A stretch of 64,000 nt of DNA. Origin: Massalongia carnosa (lineage: Eukaryota). The position numbers and the translations under genes were made by a program. The DNA lies in contig OZ287070.1 of assembly GCA_965645245.1 (NCBI GenBank), positions 930,001 through 994,000 on the forward strand, read 5' to 3'. Position 1 is the first letter of the stretch; every line of letters begins with the position of its first letter. Under the pieces are notes generated by a model. That model made no database searches, had not been told where the DNA came from, and worked only from the letters and a program-made list of their open reading frames with translations. Positions 1-13,512 of this stretch are shown here, one piece after another.

Positions 1-1010
1 TCAAGGATTTTCCTATCGATGATGTCTGCATACTCATGAATTGGAGCTATAGAGTTCGCCATGATGCTGCTGGATGCACCCGACTTGGATGTTTCAGTCA
101 TGAAACGGGAGTTAATATTCCCTGGATCGGGGGACTTTTTTAAGGGCCTCTTTATGATGAAGTCGTTCCTGATCGACAGTCTGTTACTGTCGGAGGTCGG
201 TTCTTCTTCTTCTTGAGGTTCTGACCTCCGTCTCTTCAAATTAGCGGAAACTCCAGGCAAATTTCTAACCTTTTGCCGATTCCTTTCCATCGATTTATTT
301 TGATATCGAGAATGAGGATGAAGATTGCCCGCAGTCTCCACACCCTGGTCCAGCATGCTTTGTGTACGCTCACGACGGATCTTGAATCGGCTGGGCGAAT
401 CAACATGCTGTAAGTACTCCTCGTTATCTCCTTCATCATTGCTCCCGCTTGTTAGCTCGTCTTTGCTTGCATGCAAAATCGCTTCCAATCCGTTAATCTT
501 CTTTTCCAACTCTGCAACCCGACTGTCTGTTTTCTTCTGTCTTTTGCGACTTGGGGCTGTAACCACACAAACCCGACCTGCCTTGGCACAGCGTCTGCAT
601 GTTCCCTTCACTGGATCTGGATCACATTTGACTTTCAGTCCTCGGCAGGTTTCACAAGCGCGAGGTCGTTTTGACTCGGGATTACATCCATCGCTCGGCT
701 GCGAAGCAACGAAGAGGTTGTCGTGAGGATGAAGGTCTGGTGGAGGCAAAGCATGCGCTTGAGACTCCGTCCGCAGAGAATAGTACGGCAAAGGCCCTTC
801 CTGTGACCAGGGTGGCAGCGAGTTATGATGTTGAGCTTGATGTTGGTGCTGGTGCTGTAGCTGTTGTTGTTGTTGCTGCTGCTGCGGAGGCGGCAGTCTG
901 ATGGGATTGAGAGGATAAGCGGACGGAGGTGGCAAGATGGAGTAAGGCTGGGACGTGGCTTGAACAGGCTCACGAAGTCGGGGATCGATATCACCTCGAT
1001 CGATATCCAT
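1..1010 (-). CDS. Zn(II)2Cys6 fungal transcription factor (War1-like); 5' part only, continues beyond the window start
   Basis: Manual translation from ATG at 1010: MDIDRGDIDPRLRE...poly-Q...KRPRACETCRGLKVKCDPDPVKGTCRRCAKAGRVCVVTAPSRKRQKKTDSRVAELEKKI. This is a canonical CX2CX6CX8CX2CX6C cluster followed by a coiled coil. The frame is open to position 1, so it is absent from the ORF track. Confidence 0.9.
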   Translation of the reverse strand, partial: MDIDRGDIDPRLREPVQATSQPYSILPPPSAYPLNPIRLPPPQQQQQQQQLQHQHQHQAQHHNSLPPWSQEGPLPYYSLRTESQAHALPPPDLHPHDNLFVASQPSDGCNPESKRPRACETCRGLKVKCDPDPVKGTCRRCAKAGRVCVVTAPSRKRQKKTDSRVAELEKKINGLEAILHASKDELTSGSNDEGDNEEYLQHVDSPSRFKIRRERTQSMLDQGVETAGNLHPHSRYQNKSMERNRQKVRNLPGVSANLKRRRSEPQEEEEPTSDSNRLSIRNDFIIKRPLKKSPDPGNINSRFMTETSKSGASSSIMANSIAPIHEYADIIDRKIL

Positions 1011-1752
1011 AATCCAGGGTTAGTAGGTAGGCCTTCGCAGTTTGTTTCCCTATGTTTTTTTTTTGTTGGAATGGTCGGAGAAACGTGATGGAACGGAAGG
1101 GCGGTCTTCGGTGGAAGAAGAAGCCGCTCGGAAGATTTGTCTCCCGAGCTCTCCCGCGCGGCCGCCTTCCTCTTACTAGCTAGTTTAGTTAATCCAATCG
1201 CGAGATATTGCGTCATTTTGTGGTTAGCACCGTGCACGTCAGGTACTTCGTACTCGGTACTTCGTACTCGGTAGAGAAATGTAACACAGCTCGCACGTGA
1301 CACGCGACATTCCACGAGCTCAATGCTGACCAATAACACTTATCCTTCAGCATCGTGTGAAAAAGACCCTGTTCAATCTGATTGACACATCGATACGCTA
1401 ACACCAGTATAAAACCCAGGATTTTACGTTGGGACTAAAAAATGACGCGCAGCGCCAATCCATCGGAGCGTCTGCATCCCGACATGCCGCCGTCCCGATG
1501 TCATGGAGTGGAGTGCGATTTGAAGGCCGAATCACGGTGAAATGGGCCCCATGAAAGCGGATAACTAGCCTAGAAAGGACGCGAGTGTTTTCCATCCATA
1601 TTCCTCCCCCATGAGATGATGAGCTGCTGGGAACTTGACTAGCTAGCTGCATGCACCAAGGTCCCCACAACCCAAGGAAGGGAAAGATCCCCCATTTATG
1701 CCGAGCCCTTCAATGAGAAAGAAAATTACTCCACGTCCCTATCCCCAGACCC

Positions 1753-2739
1753 TCAGAGCCCACCCTCATTTCCCTCCGCCCTTGCCTCATGCGGTACGTT
1801 GATATCCGCCCTTACCTCCTCGATCTCCTCCCCTAGCCGCTCATACTCTCTCCCGTAATCGTCCCGAAACTTCATCGCCTCCTGCAGGTAGAACCCCCAC
1901 GTGTAGAGATCCTGTAACCGCTCGTTGGCATCCGGCTGCTCCCATGCGCTCTGAAGGTGTGCGCGGAAAGGATTGATCTGTGCGTTGGCGCTCACGAAAA
2001 GCGCAAGGTTCTGCTTCCTCATCTCGTGCAGAATCGTGAGACGTTGATATAACAGAAAGTTGCGCTGTGAAGTTTTGAGGGTCGATGGACCGCGGTCGCC
2101 AACAGGCGAGGCAACGGTGGCTTCGTGGTATGGGCGACGTGGAGGGCTGTGTTGGATTGAGCTAGAACTTGGATGTGCGAGGTACGGGGGGCTGCTCGTG
2201 CACGCGGAGACTAAGCCTGGGCGAGAAATACGGATGGCGCTAGACCGCGGTGTTAGGTTCTGTCCGTAAGTTGAAGAGACTTGTTGGTAGACCGGCGAGG
2301 TCTGATCTTGAGCTAGCACATGAGCTTGATGGTTGGTGTGGCTTAGGCCGTGCTCTGGTGGGCTGTGTCCTTGGGAAGGCATGTTGAGCGCATGAATTGT
2401 TGAATTAAATAATGAGCTGGGGGAGTTGACGAAAGGGGGTGCGGTAGGATTGAAGCGTGGGTCAGGTTGTGGGCTGGCTCGAACAGCGATGATATTCCGT
2501 GGTGGATTGCGGGAAGTGTTGATGGATAAATTGGTGCTATTATCAACGTTATGATTTCGGCTCGTGGACGAGCCCGGTGCCATCGTCTGGTCGACCCTAA
2601 GGTGAGGACGGGCTAGAGGACCGACATTAGACACGGATTGCGGGGTGTGAGCCCGTTGGCCAAACCTGTAGACTGCGTGAGGCGGAGGTTGAGGAAACGA
2701 CTGAGGCCTGAAATTATAATTTGAATGTCGATGCGCCAT
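1753..2739 (-). CDS. Hypothetical protein: P/S/Q/N-rich N-terminus and a predicted helical or coiled-coil C-terminus
   Basis: 398-aa ORF (1753..2949). The more likely start is MAHRHS at 2739. No recognisable domain. Confidence 0.55.
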   Translation of the reverse strand: MAHRHSNYNFRPQSFPQPPPHAVYRFGQRAHTPQSVSNVGPLARPHLRVDQTMAPGSSTSRNHNVDNSTNLSINTSRNPPRNIIAVRASPQPDPRFNPTAPPFVNSPSSLFNSTIHALNMPSQGHSPPEHGLSHTNHQAHVLAQDQTSPVYQQVSSTYGQNLTPRSSAIRISRPGLVSACTSSPPYLAHPSSSSIQHSPPRRPYHEATVASPVGDRGPSTLKTSQRNFLLYQRLTILHEMRKQNLALFVSANAQINPFRAHLQSAWEQPDANERLQDLYTWGFYLQEAMKFRDDYGREYERLGEEIEEVRADINVPHEARAEGNEGGL

Positions 2740-3368
2740 GCTGTGAATGAACGCGCGGATGAATTCACCGGTTTTCGAAAGACGTGGTACGACATTCAAT
2801 GAAGATTGAGGAGGGCCTCCAGCAACAATGTTTTGATAAGTGATAATACAGAATCTATGCATCACGTGGTATTTTCGTTGCGTTGACAAGCAACAGGATG
2901 GGTCTTGGATGGTCAACGAAAAGGTTGATGGCTTTTTTTCTTGGTCCATTTAGGAACCGTGGTAGTCTCTAATATTCGACGTATTATATGCTCGCGACAA
3001 CAGATCTGGTGGTTCCTTAATGGCCTAGCTAGACTCACGAGGAAGGTAATGGGGTTGGAGTTGGATCTGGATAGTGGTTGATAACTTGTGGCTCAGGAAG
3101 AAACGCAGAATCTTTAGACTAATTGAAATCGTCGAAAAACACACCATGGGATGTTTTTTGCTCTGAATACGGGTGGAAGCAAGTAGAACAGTTGGTCTCC
3201 TTTTGATCTAAAAGAATAACAACGCCATTTTCCCTTCAATCTGAGATATGTTATATTTAACTCGAAATGATGAAGTAGTTAATGATACAAACCTAACCTA
3301 TAAAAGCTTCCGGAAATTCTGCGGTGTAGTTATTCTATTTTCATACTTTTAAAATCTTGTTCATATTT

Positions 3369-5100
3369 TCAGTCGTTCCCAAGCGCATCAGGCATCAGAA
3401 TCTCTATAGCGTCTTCGGCTTCATCCTTAATCTCATCTCTTGCATAAGATCTAGCTCTATGCCAAATGTAAGCAGCCCAGGCAGAACCTACAATTAGAAC
3501 AGCTGCAAGCATGATGATATTCATCGGGGCAGGGTTCTCCAAAAGCTTTGTGCGTTGTAGCATCCAACGTAGTTTGCAACATTTTTAGTACCCTGCAAGG
3601 CAAATAATAAGTCCGCAAACCTTGCCAAATGTCCGGAATCCAAAAACCTTGGCCGCATAGTCGGATAGGCCGTATAGTAAAAGGGGGCGGTAAGTAACAA
3701 ATATTACAATATTGGCGTACGCTACCCTTGTGAACGATAGACCAAGAACCCCAATAACTTTTGCAAAAACTACCAGCAATCCAAGTACAGCCGGTGTACT
3801 AACATTATCCAGGACAAGGCCAGCCAAGGGCGCAGAGATAACAACTCCGAAGGGTAATACAATGTCAAAGACATGGTTGATCCGTCTCGCGAGAGTGTAG
3901 TTATCGACGAGATATCCATACTGTGCCCTTATGGTGGCAACAAAGTAGTTGACCCTCATCGTTCGTAACACGGTAAAAAACGTAACAAGGATGAACCAGA
4001 GTGTTTTAATCTGCTGCGATGCGAAAAGTGCATGTAATATGCCCCAAACACCACCCAGCCTTTTTTCCTTCCGTCCATTCTGGTTGCTTGTTATCACTTT
4101 TGTGCTGGGGGAGCGAGGCGGTCTCTGATACAGCCTCCCCGTCTGATTACTTCGGCCTTCTCTAAGTGCGTCTATCCGCGACTCCTCGCTACTGTGCCAT
4201 TCAGAAGACTCCTCATGTTGCGTGGAGGCTTCACCATCCGCACCAAGCCCGTCAATGATCTGATTCGAATTTTTCGGCATCAAAAGTAGCTGTGAGACAA
4301 CCACGAACATAGGAACAGTTAGATATAAGAGGAAAACTTTAATCCAGGTGGAACGTGTTCTCTGAAGCCGTATATACAAGATGGCAAAAGCTAAAAACAG
4401 CACTAGGTGAATCAAAAGCACCGGTGAGTAGAGCAAGTATGAGACCGGAGTGACTCGGAAAGGTGTTGGATAGCTTGGAGCAGGACATAAATACAAATGG
4501 CACTCCAAGCGCAAGGAAAAGGGAGCCCAAAAGGAAGTCATGAAAAGGAAGTTGCTTAGCGAACGCCAGCAAGAGAGCGCCAATGAAAATCAAGAAGCTA
4601 TCAACGATACTTCTAACCTGAGGCCTATATGTCCAAGACGGCCCTCACCGGGAGAGCGCAAAGGCTGTTAGGGACAACAGCAGCTGCGAACATGAAATTG
4701 AGCCTAGGTTGGGTGCATTCATCAGCAATTTTCATGCCATTTGCTTGCAAAAGAATTACCGTATCTCCTGTTCATGGCAAGTTTTTTCGCGGCCACCCAA
4801 TTTCTGAAACGAACAATAGTGCCTGTAGATACCTTCCTCAACTTCTCGTGTCGCCCAGAAGTACTCGGTTTTTCTTCCGGTTAGCGTATCTAAAAAACCC
4901 GAGCACTTCTGGGCGACACAAGTAGAATAGGCTTTATCGCAGCATATACAAAGATGACACCTGCTGGGCATAGGCAGTATATCATGGCAACCGTAACGTG
5001 TGCTGTCAATGAACCGCATTAGTATATTTAACCCTCAACCATACGAGAGGGTGATCTACAGACCTGTTTGCTTGGCGCTCGAAACCTCATACACCGCTAT
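3369..5100 (-). pseudogene. Fmp42-like (LAT3/SLC43-type) MFS transporter, disrupted
   Basis: Family-typical segments (AVYEVS..., ALPV.AVLD, GLILALLTGAFDS, MRVNYFVATIRAQY, SDYAAKVFGFRTFGKVCGLIICLAG, LQTTLDATTHKAF) are spread over several reading frames, separated by stops and frameshifts without matching splice signals. The apparent start codon reads ATA. Confidence 0.7.
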
Positions 5101-5656
5101 ATGTTTTTCCTTGTGGATACAAAGGGGCAGAATCACCCACAAGATTGAAGCTGGATTTCCTATGCTCTGATCTCACCGTTAACGATCCACGAGCCTGCTC
5201 GTACGAGGCAATCGAACCTAATCTGTGGAGAGACATGTTGGGCTACTAAAACCGCGGTTTGATTCTTAACCAAAGCAAGAAAAATTTTACTCTGCAAGGA
5301 GAAAAACTCCCGAGTTAAGTCATAACAAAGAGAGCAACTGAAGTCTAGCACACGGAGTTCCCGGCCTCAAAGGCCCAGCGGGCATGCCGGAATGTTCACG
5401 GGCCGACGTATCGCCGTGCTAATGGATCAGCAGCAGTAACCTTTAGAGTTTGCCCCTTAAGCTTTGAGTCATGTAAAGAATAGCTCTTGGAAGAATCGAC
5501 TTGAAACCGCAACCGATGGGTGGAAATGCAAAATTCCGCACAGAGTATCCAAATCATATCCATTCCGAGCTTCATCCAACATCCAAGGAATATTATTCGC
5601 CGTATGAATCATGAGCATAATGTAAAAACCACCGTAGTTCCCATCCAAATTAGCCT

Positions 5657-7674
5657 TTAGAGGCCATCCTGATGTACAGGACAAGCTCCAACTCCCTTTG
5701 TATCCCACCATTGACGGATACAAGACTGCCATGTGTCCAATCAACATTTAGGCACGTCATCGTGATAGTAGGGCAGAGTTCTTACCTTGTGAAATTTGCA
5801 CAAGCATTCCAACCGCCCCATCTCAGTCCCTACTGCAAATTCCTCAAAGCAAATTACACACTCTTGCAAACCCTCTCTATCTTTCCCTACAAGATCCTTC
5901 TCAGTCGCGTGATAAACAACCATGCCTGTTGTACGCCGCCGCGGCCTTAGATATGTTAACGTAGGGTCTAACGATCTCGCTCCCTGGGTGGTTGGGACAG
6001 CTGGTGACCTTCCACTAGCTTGCGAAGGCATAGTCGCGCTCGCTGCGATAGCCGCTTCAATAGCTGCTGATGGGGGCGGACGAGGGGCTTGTGAAGGAGA
6101 TATAGAAAAATGAGACTCGATGCACAAGGTGACATGGGCTTCCCGCGCTATTTCCGACCCATCAGGACCTTTCGGGGGAAGGGCACTGTGACAAATAGGG
6201 CATTCATCTTCTTCTCGTAAAACAGGCTGCGGTACAGCCATAGGGAGCGGGATAGCCTCCGAGTCTAGCTGTGAACGATGACGCGATGAGCTTGGGACGT
6301 TGTCTATAGAAGTATGGTGGCGGTGGCGGTGGCCTGGATTCAAGGGTTGGTGCTCCTGAGCGAGCAAACCATACTGACGCTGTAAGATGTAAGGCTAGGG
6401 TTGTCAGATAAGACATAAAGACTTACCTCATGAACAGAAGAATCCGGCGCAGAACCATATATAGATGTGTAATTGGGTGGGGGATTTGCTAAATGTTGTA
6501 TGGAGTGAGTTTGTCGTCGGTTTGTAGATGGAGCCCCCATGGATGCAGAACTTGTAAACCGTACTTCGTGATTGCGGGGACCCCAAATATTCCTTTGATT
6601 ATATGGTGCAAGGTTAGGGTCCATCCTACTGGGCAGTGCGCGACTTTGGTGAAGCTCAGAGGCCGGTCGATGCTGCTGCTGAAAGTGTGAGGTCGTCCGG
6701 ACGATGCCCTCAGGTGGAGTACCCGAGTATGAAGGATGACGAAGTGACGGCGAAAATGGAAGATGAGGCAAAGGTTTTGGATTTGGCACGCAAGGATTGC
6801 ATACCCGGACTTCTTGACTTCGCCGTCTGCTGGTCATGGGAGATATAGGTGATTCTGCTACATCGTCCTCATTATCGCTTGTCAGATCGATAACCGTAGA
6901 GCCAGCGCAATATCTAGGATCGAGAGCTTGGCTGTGCTCCGACGGAGAATGCACAATGAATTGACGGGGTATGGCGATACGGTGTGGGGAGCAGCTTGCA
7001 CAAACAACTCTTCCGCACTTCCTGCAGTGGTGCTTTCGATACCAGAAACTGAAACTGATGCCGCAAATAGGACATTTAGACGCTTCAGCATCAGGCTGCC
7101 ATCGAGGGAGGGCGATTTCTGATGATCGCTGGTTCTGAGAGCTCGTGCGAACTGGCTGAGGAGGCAAAGGGCGGTCTGTAATTCTTTGTCCAGTACGGAT
7201 GTCTGACGTACTTGAACCGACGACAAGTGGATTTGTGGTTGCTGATTGCAATACGCCCTGCCTCATCCGGTCACTGGCAGTCTGTCCAAAGGCCAGGCTG
7301 CTGGCCGACCGCCTCCGCGAGTGCTCTTCATGTTGCCCTGTAAGCCTTCTCTTCCTGTCTGCAGCCATGATGGCCGCTCTTCTCGTGGCAACTTGGGCCC
7401 GTTCGTCGATGTCGAGCCCGGCACTGGAAGAATGCCTTAAGAAGTCCATCCAGGTCTCTCCATCTCTAACCGTCTCATCCGAGTACTTGCTATCAAATGA
7501 TCCACTTCCGCTAGAGAGAACCTCCCCATCGCTATGACCCCTCCTCAGATCCCCACCCCTGGTAACGATCCTACGGTAGCCTCCACCTGGGAGGTGCAAG
7601 TTAATGTCGGTACGTGGTGTAGATGTCGGCGAGTGAGAAGCGAATGGTCTTGAGTCTCCTGAAGACGTATCCAT
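5657..7674 (-). CDS. FYVE and RING-H2 domain E3 ubiquitin ligase (Pib1-like), 3 exons
   Basis: FYVE motif WQPD...CPIC...RKHHCRKCGRVVCASCS. C-terminal RING CVICFEEF...RLECLCKFHK|SCIRQWWDTKGVGACPVH, ending at TAA 5657. Introns start GTAAG at about 6426 and 5786. Confidence 0.9.
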
Positions 7675-8393
7675 AAGGTATCTAAGAAGATTTTGAAAAT
7701 ATTGATTCGGCTTCTAAAGACTTCGTAAAAACGTCGAGGAAGATGACGGACCGCAACTAGGTAGGCACGGTATATCTAGCGCGACCGAGAGACTGGAATT
7801 GTGTGTTTACGATACGGCTAGTACAGTACGTATTACGTGGCACGTGGCCATTGGCATTACAACTTTGTACTATACTCCATACACTGTACCAATGGCTGCA
7901 GCGAAAGCCCTTCCACAAACATGGTGATATTAAGAATGAGAAACTGAATTCTAGGGTTTCGCATTTGAGCATATATACCAGTTCTTGTTCACACATCAGC
8001 TGATTGTTTGAATTTGATAACGTCCTTTTGTACGGCTATGTCCACCACCTAGAGTAGATAGCTCCTATCCGTACTAGCTTGTATAAAAATCGTGCTGTGT
8101 GCCTTCCCACCCCTTTGTGCCTTTCTTTTCTATAATACAATCCCTTTATTAGACACTGACAGCCGCTCAAAACACGCTATCAAATTCAAATGCTTCAAGA
8201 CGCCTACCATCAAACACAAGGCGCAATGATTCATATGCATACGTGACGCTTCGCTAAAAACATTGGCTTCCTCGCCGGGAAATAAACGCCAGCTAGATTC
8301 GATACAACACCAAGGAGATTCGTTTCTGATGTCCGTAATATATGCTGGCTAGTAAGAATGAACAGAAGTAATAAATGCTACAGTGGAGGCAGA

Positions 8394-11300
8394 TTACAAT
8401 CGGCGGCCAAACCTATTGTCCGAACTCGTGCTGCTGCTCTGGCTGAAATCATATACCAACTCAGCCCTAGAACCGATAAGGGCCGGTTGGTCGGGGTTTG
8501 CACTATGAAAGTTTTCGCCTGCTCGATGCTGTTGCACATAACCCATGCTCGATGGTCGGTCTTGTCGAAGGTCAGGAGCCAGTGAGCCCAGCGCTGACAT
8601 GGGACGCTTGGCGTAGCCGCCTGAATTATGGCTGCTGCCATTCTGAGGCGGTATGCTTGAACCCGTAGACTCTGCTGCGGTAGATGGACGCGTATTTTGA
8701 GAAGATGGGGTCTGGGATTCGAATGGTAACCGTTGGGAAATGCTACCGGATGGTCGAACTCTCGCTGAAGGTAGATTATCTGCATCGTGAAGTTTACTTG
8801 AATGATTAGGACCCGAAGATAGCGATGCAGCCCCCTTGGAAAACATAAGTCCTTGATCAAAGTTAAGGTCATGATGCTGTAACCGCCCGTGGAAATCGCT
8901 TCCATTGCCTCTACTGACGTTTCCGCTTTTATGAGTAGCATGGCGAGTAGGTGGTGAACTTGCTTTCGATCCAAGACGGCTCGGTAGCTCAATTCCATCC
9001 CCAGTTTCAATAGTCGGCAGCGAGGGCGGAAATTGCGACACTTGATTTGCGCGATTTACCGAGATATACTCCTCATCAGCAAAGGATCTTTCACCATCGT
9101 CGACTTCGCTTATTGAGGAACTAGAAGCAATATCACCAGGTAAATGACGGGTTCCTCCACCAATTGCATCTCCATCGTCGCTGAGCTCGAGATCACGTGT
9201 TCGCTTTGGGCCAGGTTCATCGGAGTATGGAACGTCGGCATCACTCAGTACTACCCCGGAGGTTGCTCGATCCATTGGAGGTGCCCTTGAGCTCCTGACA
9301 ACCTCAAATCCTTTCCCCTTGTCTTTTATTTTACCCCCGAAAAATCCTTTGAACCAACCGGTTGCAGAGGAAACTGGACCTGTAGGATCTGCCGGGCCTG
9401 TTTTCAATCGACGGGTAGGAAGCGTGGAGAGTGCACGTCCTCGAACACCGTAATAGAAGTCTCCCTCTCGAATTGCATAATCGGTTTTGGACCGCCGAGT
9501 ATCATCAATATTCGAGTCAGACCGATCTCTAAATGTTCCAAGATGAGCAGGAAGTGGAGTTGCCCTCCCAGATGCTGTAAGAGACTCTACCAGGTGTTCC
9601 CTTGGGATTGGCGAACCATCCTGTCTAGGGCTATGCTCACTCCATCGTTTATTCGCCCAATCAGCGCTGGTCCAAGAACCTTGACTGCGAGCTCGGGAGT
9701 GAAGGGCTTCGTTTGTTGGTCGCCTAGCTCTTGGCGGACGGTACCAGGGATCTGCGGCATCCGCTTTTTTCAAATTCACAGCCCTTGCCCCAACTGAACC
9801 CCCTTGCCCGGCAGCCTGGCTTCCACCGGGGAGATATGAAAAGGCACTTGCTCCTCCAGATATAGTGGGAGTGTACGGAGCACTTCCGCTTTCTGCACGA
9901 TTATGCCTCGCACCATTTGCACTTATCGAATCAAGCCCCATGCTCGTCCGAGGATCAACTCCCTGATGCCGATTTAGTAGAATGGCTGAGCTTCCGGACA
10001 TACTTCGAGATCTACCACCATTCAGCTGTACTGATTTCTGGTCGCTATCGTGCCGCAAAATGTTGGCATCGGAAGCCATGCTGTGACGGGCTCGACCCCG
10101 ACGCCGTGGGTTCCTTCGGGACAGCTGGCGCATTCCAAAAACCTAAGGCACCAAAGTTTCAAGTCAACATAATTCCATAGCTACTAATTATGCACATGAA
10201 GCTTAAGGGTGAAACGAATGCCCAAACGGCTTACCTTTACAAGCCCTCTAGCGGCCCCGCCTCCAATTCCTTCTTCACCCCCAGCACCAGCCTGTCTTGC
10301 AATTACTTCAATTAAAGTCTGACAAGCATTGAGAAAAAACCCGAAGACTAAGACGATGGCGTGCATAAGTAGAATTATATAGCCAATCCATCCTCGTGGC
10401 GCAGCCTTTAAGCCCAACGATGGTACGAAAGCCACACTGAGAAGGATGATTAGGAGTCTGACAACCGCAAAAAAAGTGTGGAAAGCATTCATAGAAGTTG
10501 GGGAATGAAAGGGACGGAAGGCGTTGAGTGTTAAAATCAGTATAACTTCGCATATTGCCAACAGAACCAGCTGAGCAATTCCAGATGGCTGGACGGCACC
10601 AATAGCGATGCCCCGGAGAAAGGTGAGCATGACCGGAACCAAGGCAAAGGTAGCTGCATTATCAGAGTATGTGTTGTATAAAGGCCCATACAAGAGCACG
10701 GTCGGTAGATCGTCAAATAGATAAGACCGAGGACGAGTTGATGCAACTAACCAGAGCAGCCGAGCTGCAAATCCTGCACAAGCGAAAAGGAGAACTGCTG
10801 CAAGCCCAACGGTCACCGATGGGGAGTGGCCTGCGATAACCAATTGGTACGTCGAAAGGGAGACGATGGGTAGGAGAAAATAGTTGAAAACTATCCGAAT
10901 AGAGTTACCAATAGTGAATGGTAAATTTTTGGCGCGAAGATCTTCCTCTTGGGTATTTGAGACGTGACGATAGGCCCAACGGCCGAGGAAACCAATCTGT
11001 ATAAGTACGACGAAAGCAGCGAGAATGACTAATAGCCATATGGCCATGTCGGTCCATATATCTTTGTCGGCAGCCATCCCGACAAGCTGGCTCATCGTGT
11101 CGAGGCCATAGGTTCCATTAGCCACATAGATGCCATCGAGCAAACTCTGAGACCCATTGCCACGGCTAACGAAACTCTCATTAAACATTAACACAGACCA
11201 ACTAACCTGGCTTACGACAGGTTGGTAAAATCCAGGATAATTAAGGCTTAGAGATCCTGCCAAGACAATAAACTGGATATATTGAAGACAATCCCCGAAC

Positions 11301-12316
11301 CCCGGGGTCACTAGGCGAAGTAGGTCAGCGTCTCGCCCATAGTTACTTGTCCACCGAAAGATATCTGCAGAGCCCCAGGGACTGAAGATTGCCGCACAAG
11401 CTGTGGCAACGGCTACAAGTATAAGAACAAGGAGAGGTAAGTAAGTGAGGATAGTTTTGATCGAGTCTCCGAGGCCAGGAGTGATGCTGGCTTCAACACA
11501 GGCCCAAGTAGTTGCGTTTGCATTACCTGAAGTGACTCTGAAAATGGCAGTGATGGTTGTGAATGCGAAGCTCGAGTAGAGATCCTGTGCTATGGAGAAA
11601 GCTGGTAACTTTTCTGGATCGGTTCTATCTCAGTGAATATGAATTAGCATTTCTCTATTCGGGATGGTCTTTCGACGGATTAGGATTACTTACCTATTAG
11701 TGAAAGATGGTACGAGCGGACAAACTCCTTGCGCTAAGCTATCGCAAAACCTTGTTAGATTTTTGTATGGTGTGAAATTGAGTACGTTCAAGGTAGCCTT
11801 GAGGGTTGTATATTTGTTGTTTGTTCTGTCCAGGTCTGGAATCTTTCCTTCAGTCTCGGTTATATTGTTCCAGTACTGATCACCTGGAGGCGGTAGTGGA
11901 ACCTCAATACTCCCACTAACATCTCCGTAAACGGTAACGTTAAGATGATGGCTGGCCGCAGCAGAGTCGAAGGTGGCATTGACAAAGTATGGCGTTAATT
12001 TTAGTTGTAGTGAGTTGATCACATTAGGGCTCATGCAATTCTCGAACTTTACGGAGGCAGCCGCAGAAGATTCGATGAATGCAATGCTTGCAAGGAGAAA
12101 AATCTTTATCAAGCCCACCCATGAAGTATTCTTTCTCCCAAGCCATGGCTGAAAAATGGATAATGCTGACCGTTGACTCCCTAGTAGGCCATCCTCTAGA
12201 TATAGCACGAGGTCTTGAGAGTGCAGTCCAATATTGCCGTCAGCAAAGCCGCCAGCTTGTAATGCATCGCATCTTTTGGAGAACAGACGACTAGGTAGCC
12301 GGGTCTCAGGATCCAT
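8394..12316 (-). CDS. TRP-like / Flc-Pkd2 family integral membrane protein (ML-like N-terminal domain, multi-TM region, long disordered tail), 3 exons
   Basis: Hydrophobic leader followed by VKFENC, then TPGFGDCLQYIQFIVLAGSLSLNYPGFYQPV and many TM helices. Introns at 11624..11693 and about 10147..10236. Start codon uncertain. Confidence 0.85.
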
Positions 12317-13512
12317 GGCATTCACCCCTCCATTGGCAATGAGCCAACGACCTTCTTCCCCAGGTCTCTCTACGGGGATGATGAGGTCCAACTCGCTTGT
12401 GCTATCTTTTGTAATTGAGGGGGGGAGTTTAAACACAGAAAGTTGGCGGAGGCTGTGCTGAAAAAGGGTTTGGCGCTCTAAAGGTCGGAGCGAATAACAG
12501 GAGCGGAGCAGGCTGTCGATGACAGAGACTGCGTAGGGTTTGAGCTCCTTAAGTTGACTGGCCAATTCGTTCCAACAATATAGGGTAGGGATGTCCAGTC
12601 CTCCGTACCTAGGTATGCAGTGATTTTCGTGGTGCACACTTGGGATCTTGACTCCGCTACCAAGTGAGAACTTAAAAGCAGAAGCAAAAATACTTCCGAA
12701 GTGACAACGGCCCAAAAGCTAGCCCAGTTACGTATTTTTGCTTATGTGATGACGGAAGCAATACGCGGTATGGACTCATTCAACTGACGCAAAGTCATAT
12801 ACAGAGTGAACATAAGAGGTGTTCAGCAAAGTTGCTGGTTGACGAAATGAATAGGTAGTTACGGCGCATGCGAATCGAATCATAACTGCAATGGAGCGTT
12901 TGCTCAACTCCGTTTCATGCTACCCCAACCGCCCTGTATTGGGATAGGGTACAGGGTAGAGACAGAGTACAAAGTGTACAGAATACAGAGTGCTTGGTAT
13001 CCGTAAATCATGAGGTTTCACATGATGTAGCTTGCAGTAAGTAACCATCTGCATGGACTCTTCCAGGAAGGATTAACACCTGCAAGGCAAGGAATCTAGC
13101 CTCTGGCTTCGAAATGGATCAACATTACATTTCGTTTCGAGTCTACAAAGTACTCTTGTGCACCTTCAGCTTCAACGTTATGCGGGTACAACAAGGATCA
13201 ACCCAAGGCTACAAGCCATGTAATATATTGTGCGTTTTTGATACAGATTATATAATACGGTGTATACTATTGTAAGGTGCTAGCTAGCTTTGAAAGAATG
13301 TTTCAAATACTCAGCCTCGGAAGTCTTATAATAAGGTTTAACTCTAGTTTTTCTTAGGCATTGCCTAATTGTGGCTATAATGGTATTCAAGAATGGCAGA
13401 GACAGAAACATTTGACGCCAAACAGCCCATTTCAACGCCGTGCTGATAAAATAAACTTCGCAAGACAATCGCGAAAGGTGCTTAAGAACATGATTGAACA
13501 ATAATGGGGTCC

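Noticed and set aside
635..1339. 234-aa minus-strand ORF
   Set aside because: Alternative frame overlapping the real Zn2Cys6 CDS and its promoter; no domain features.
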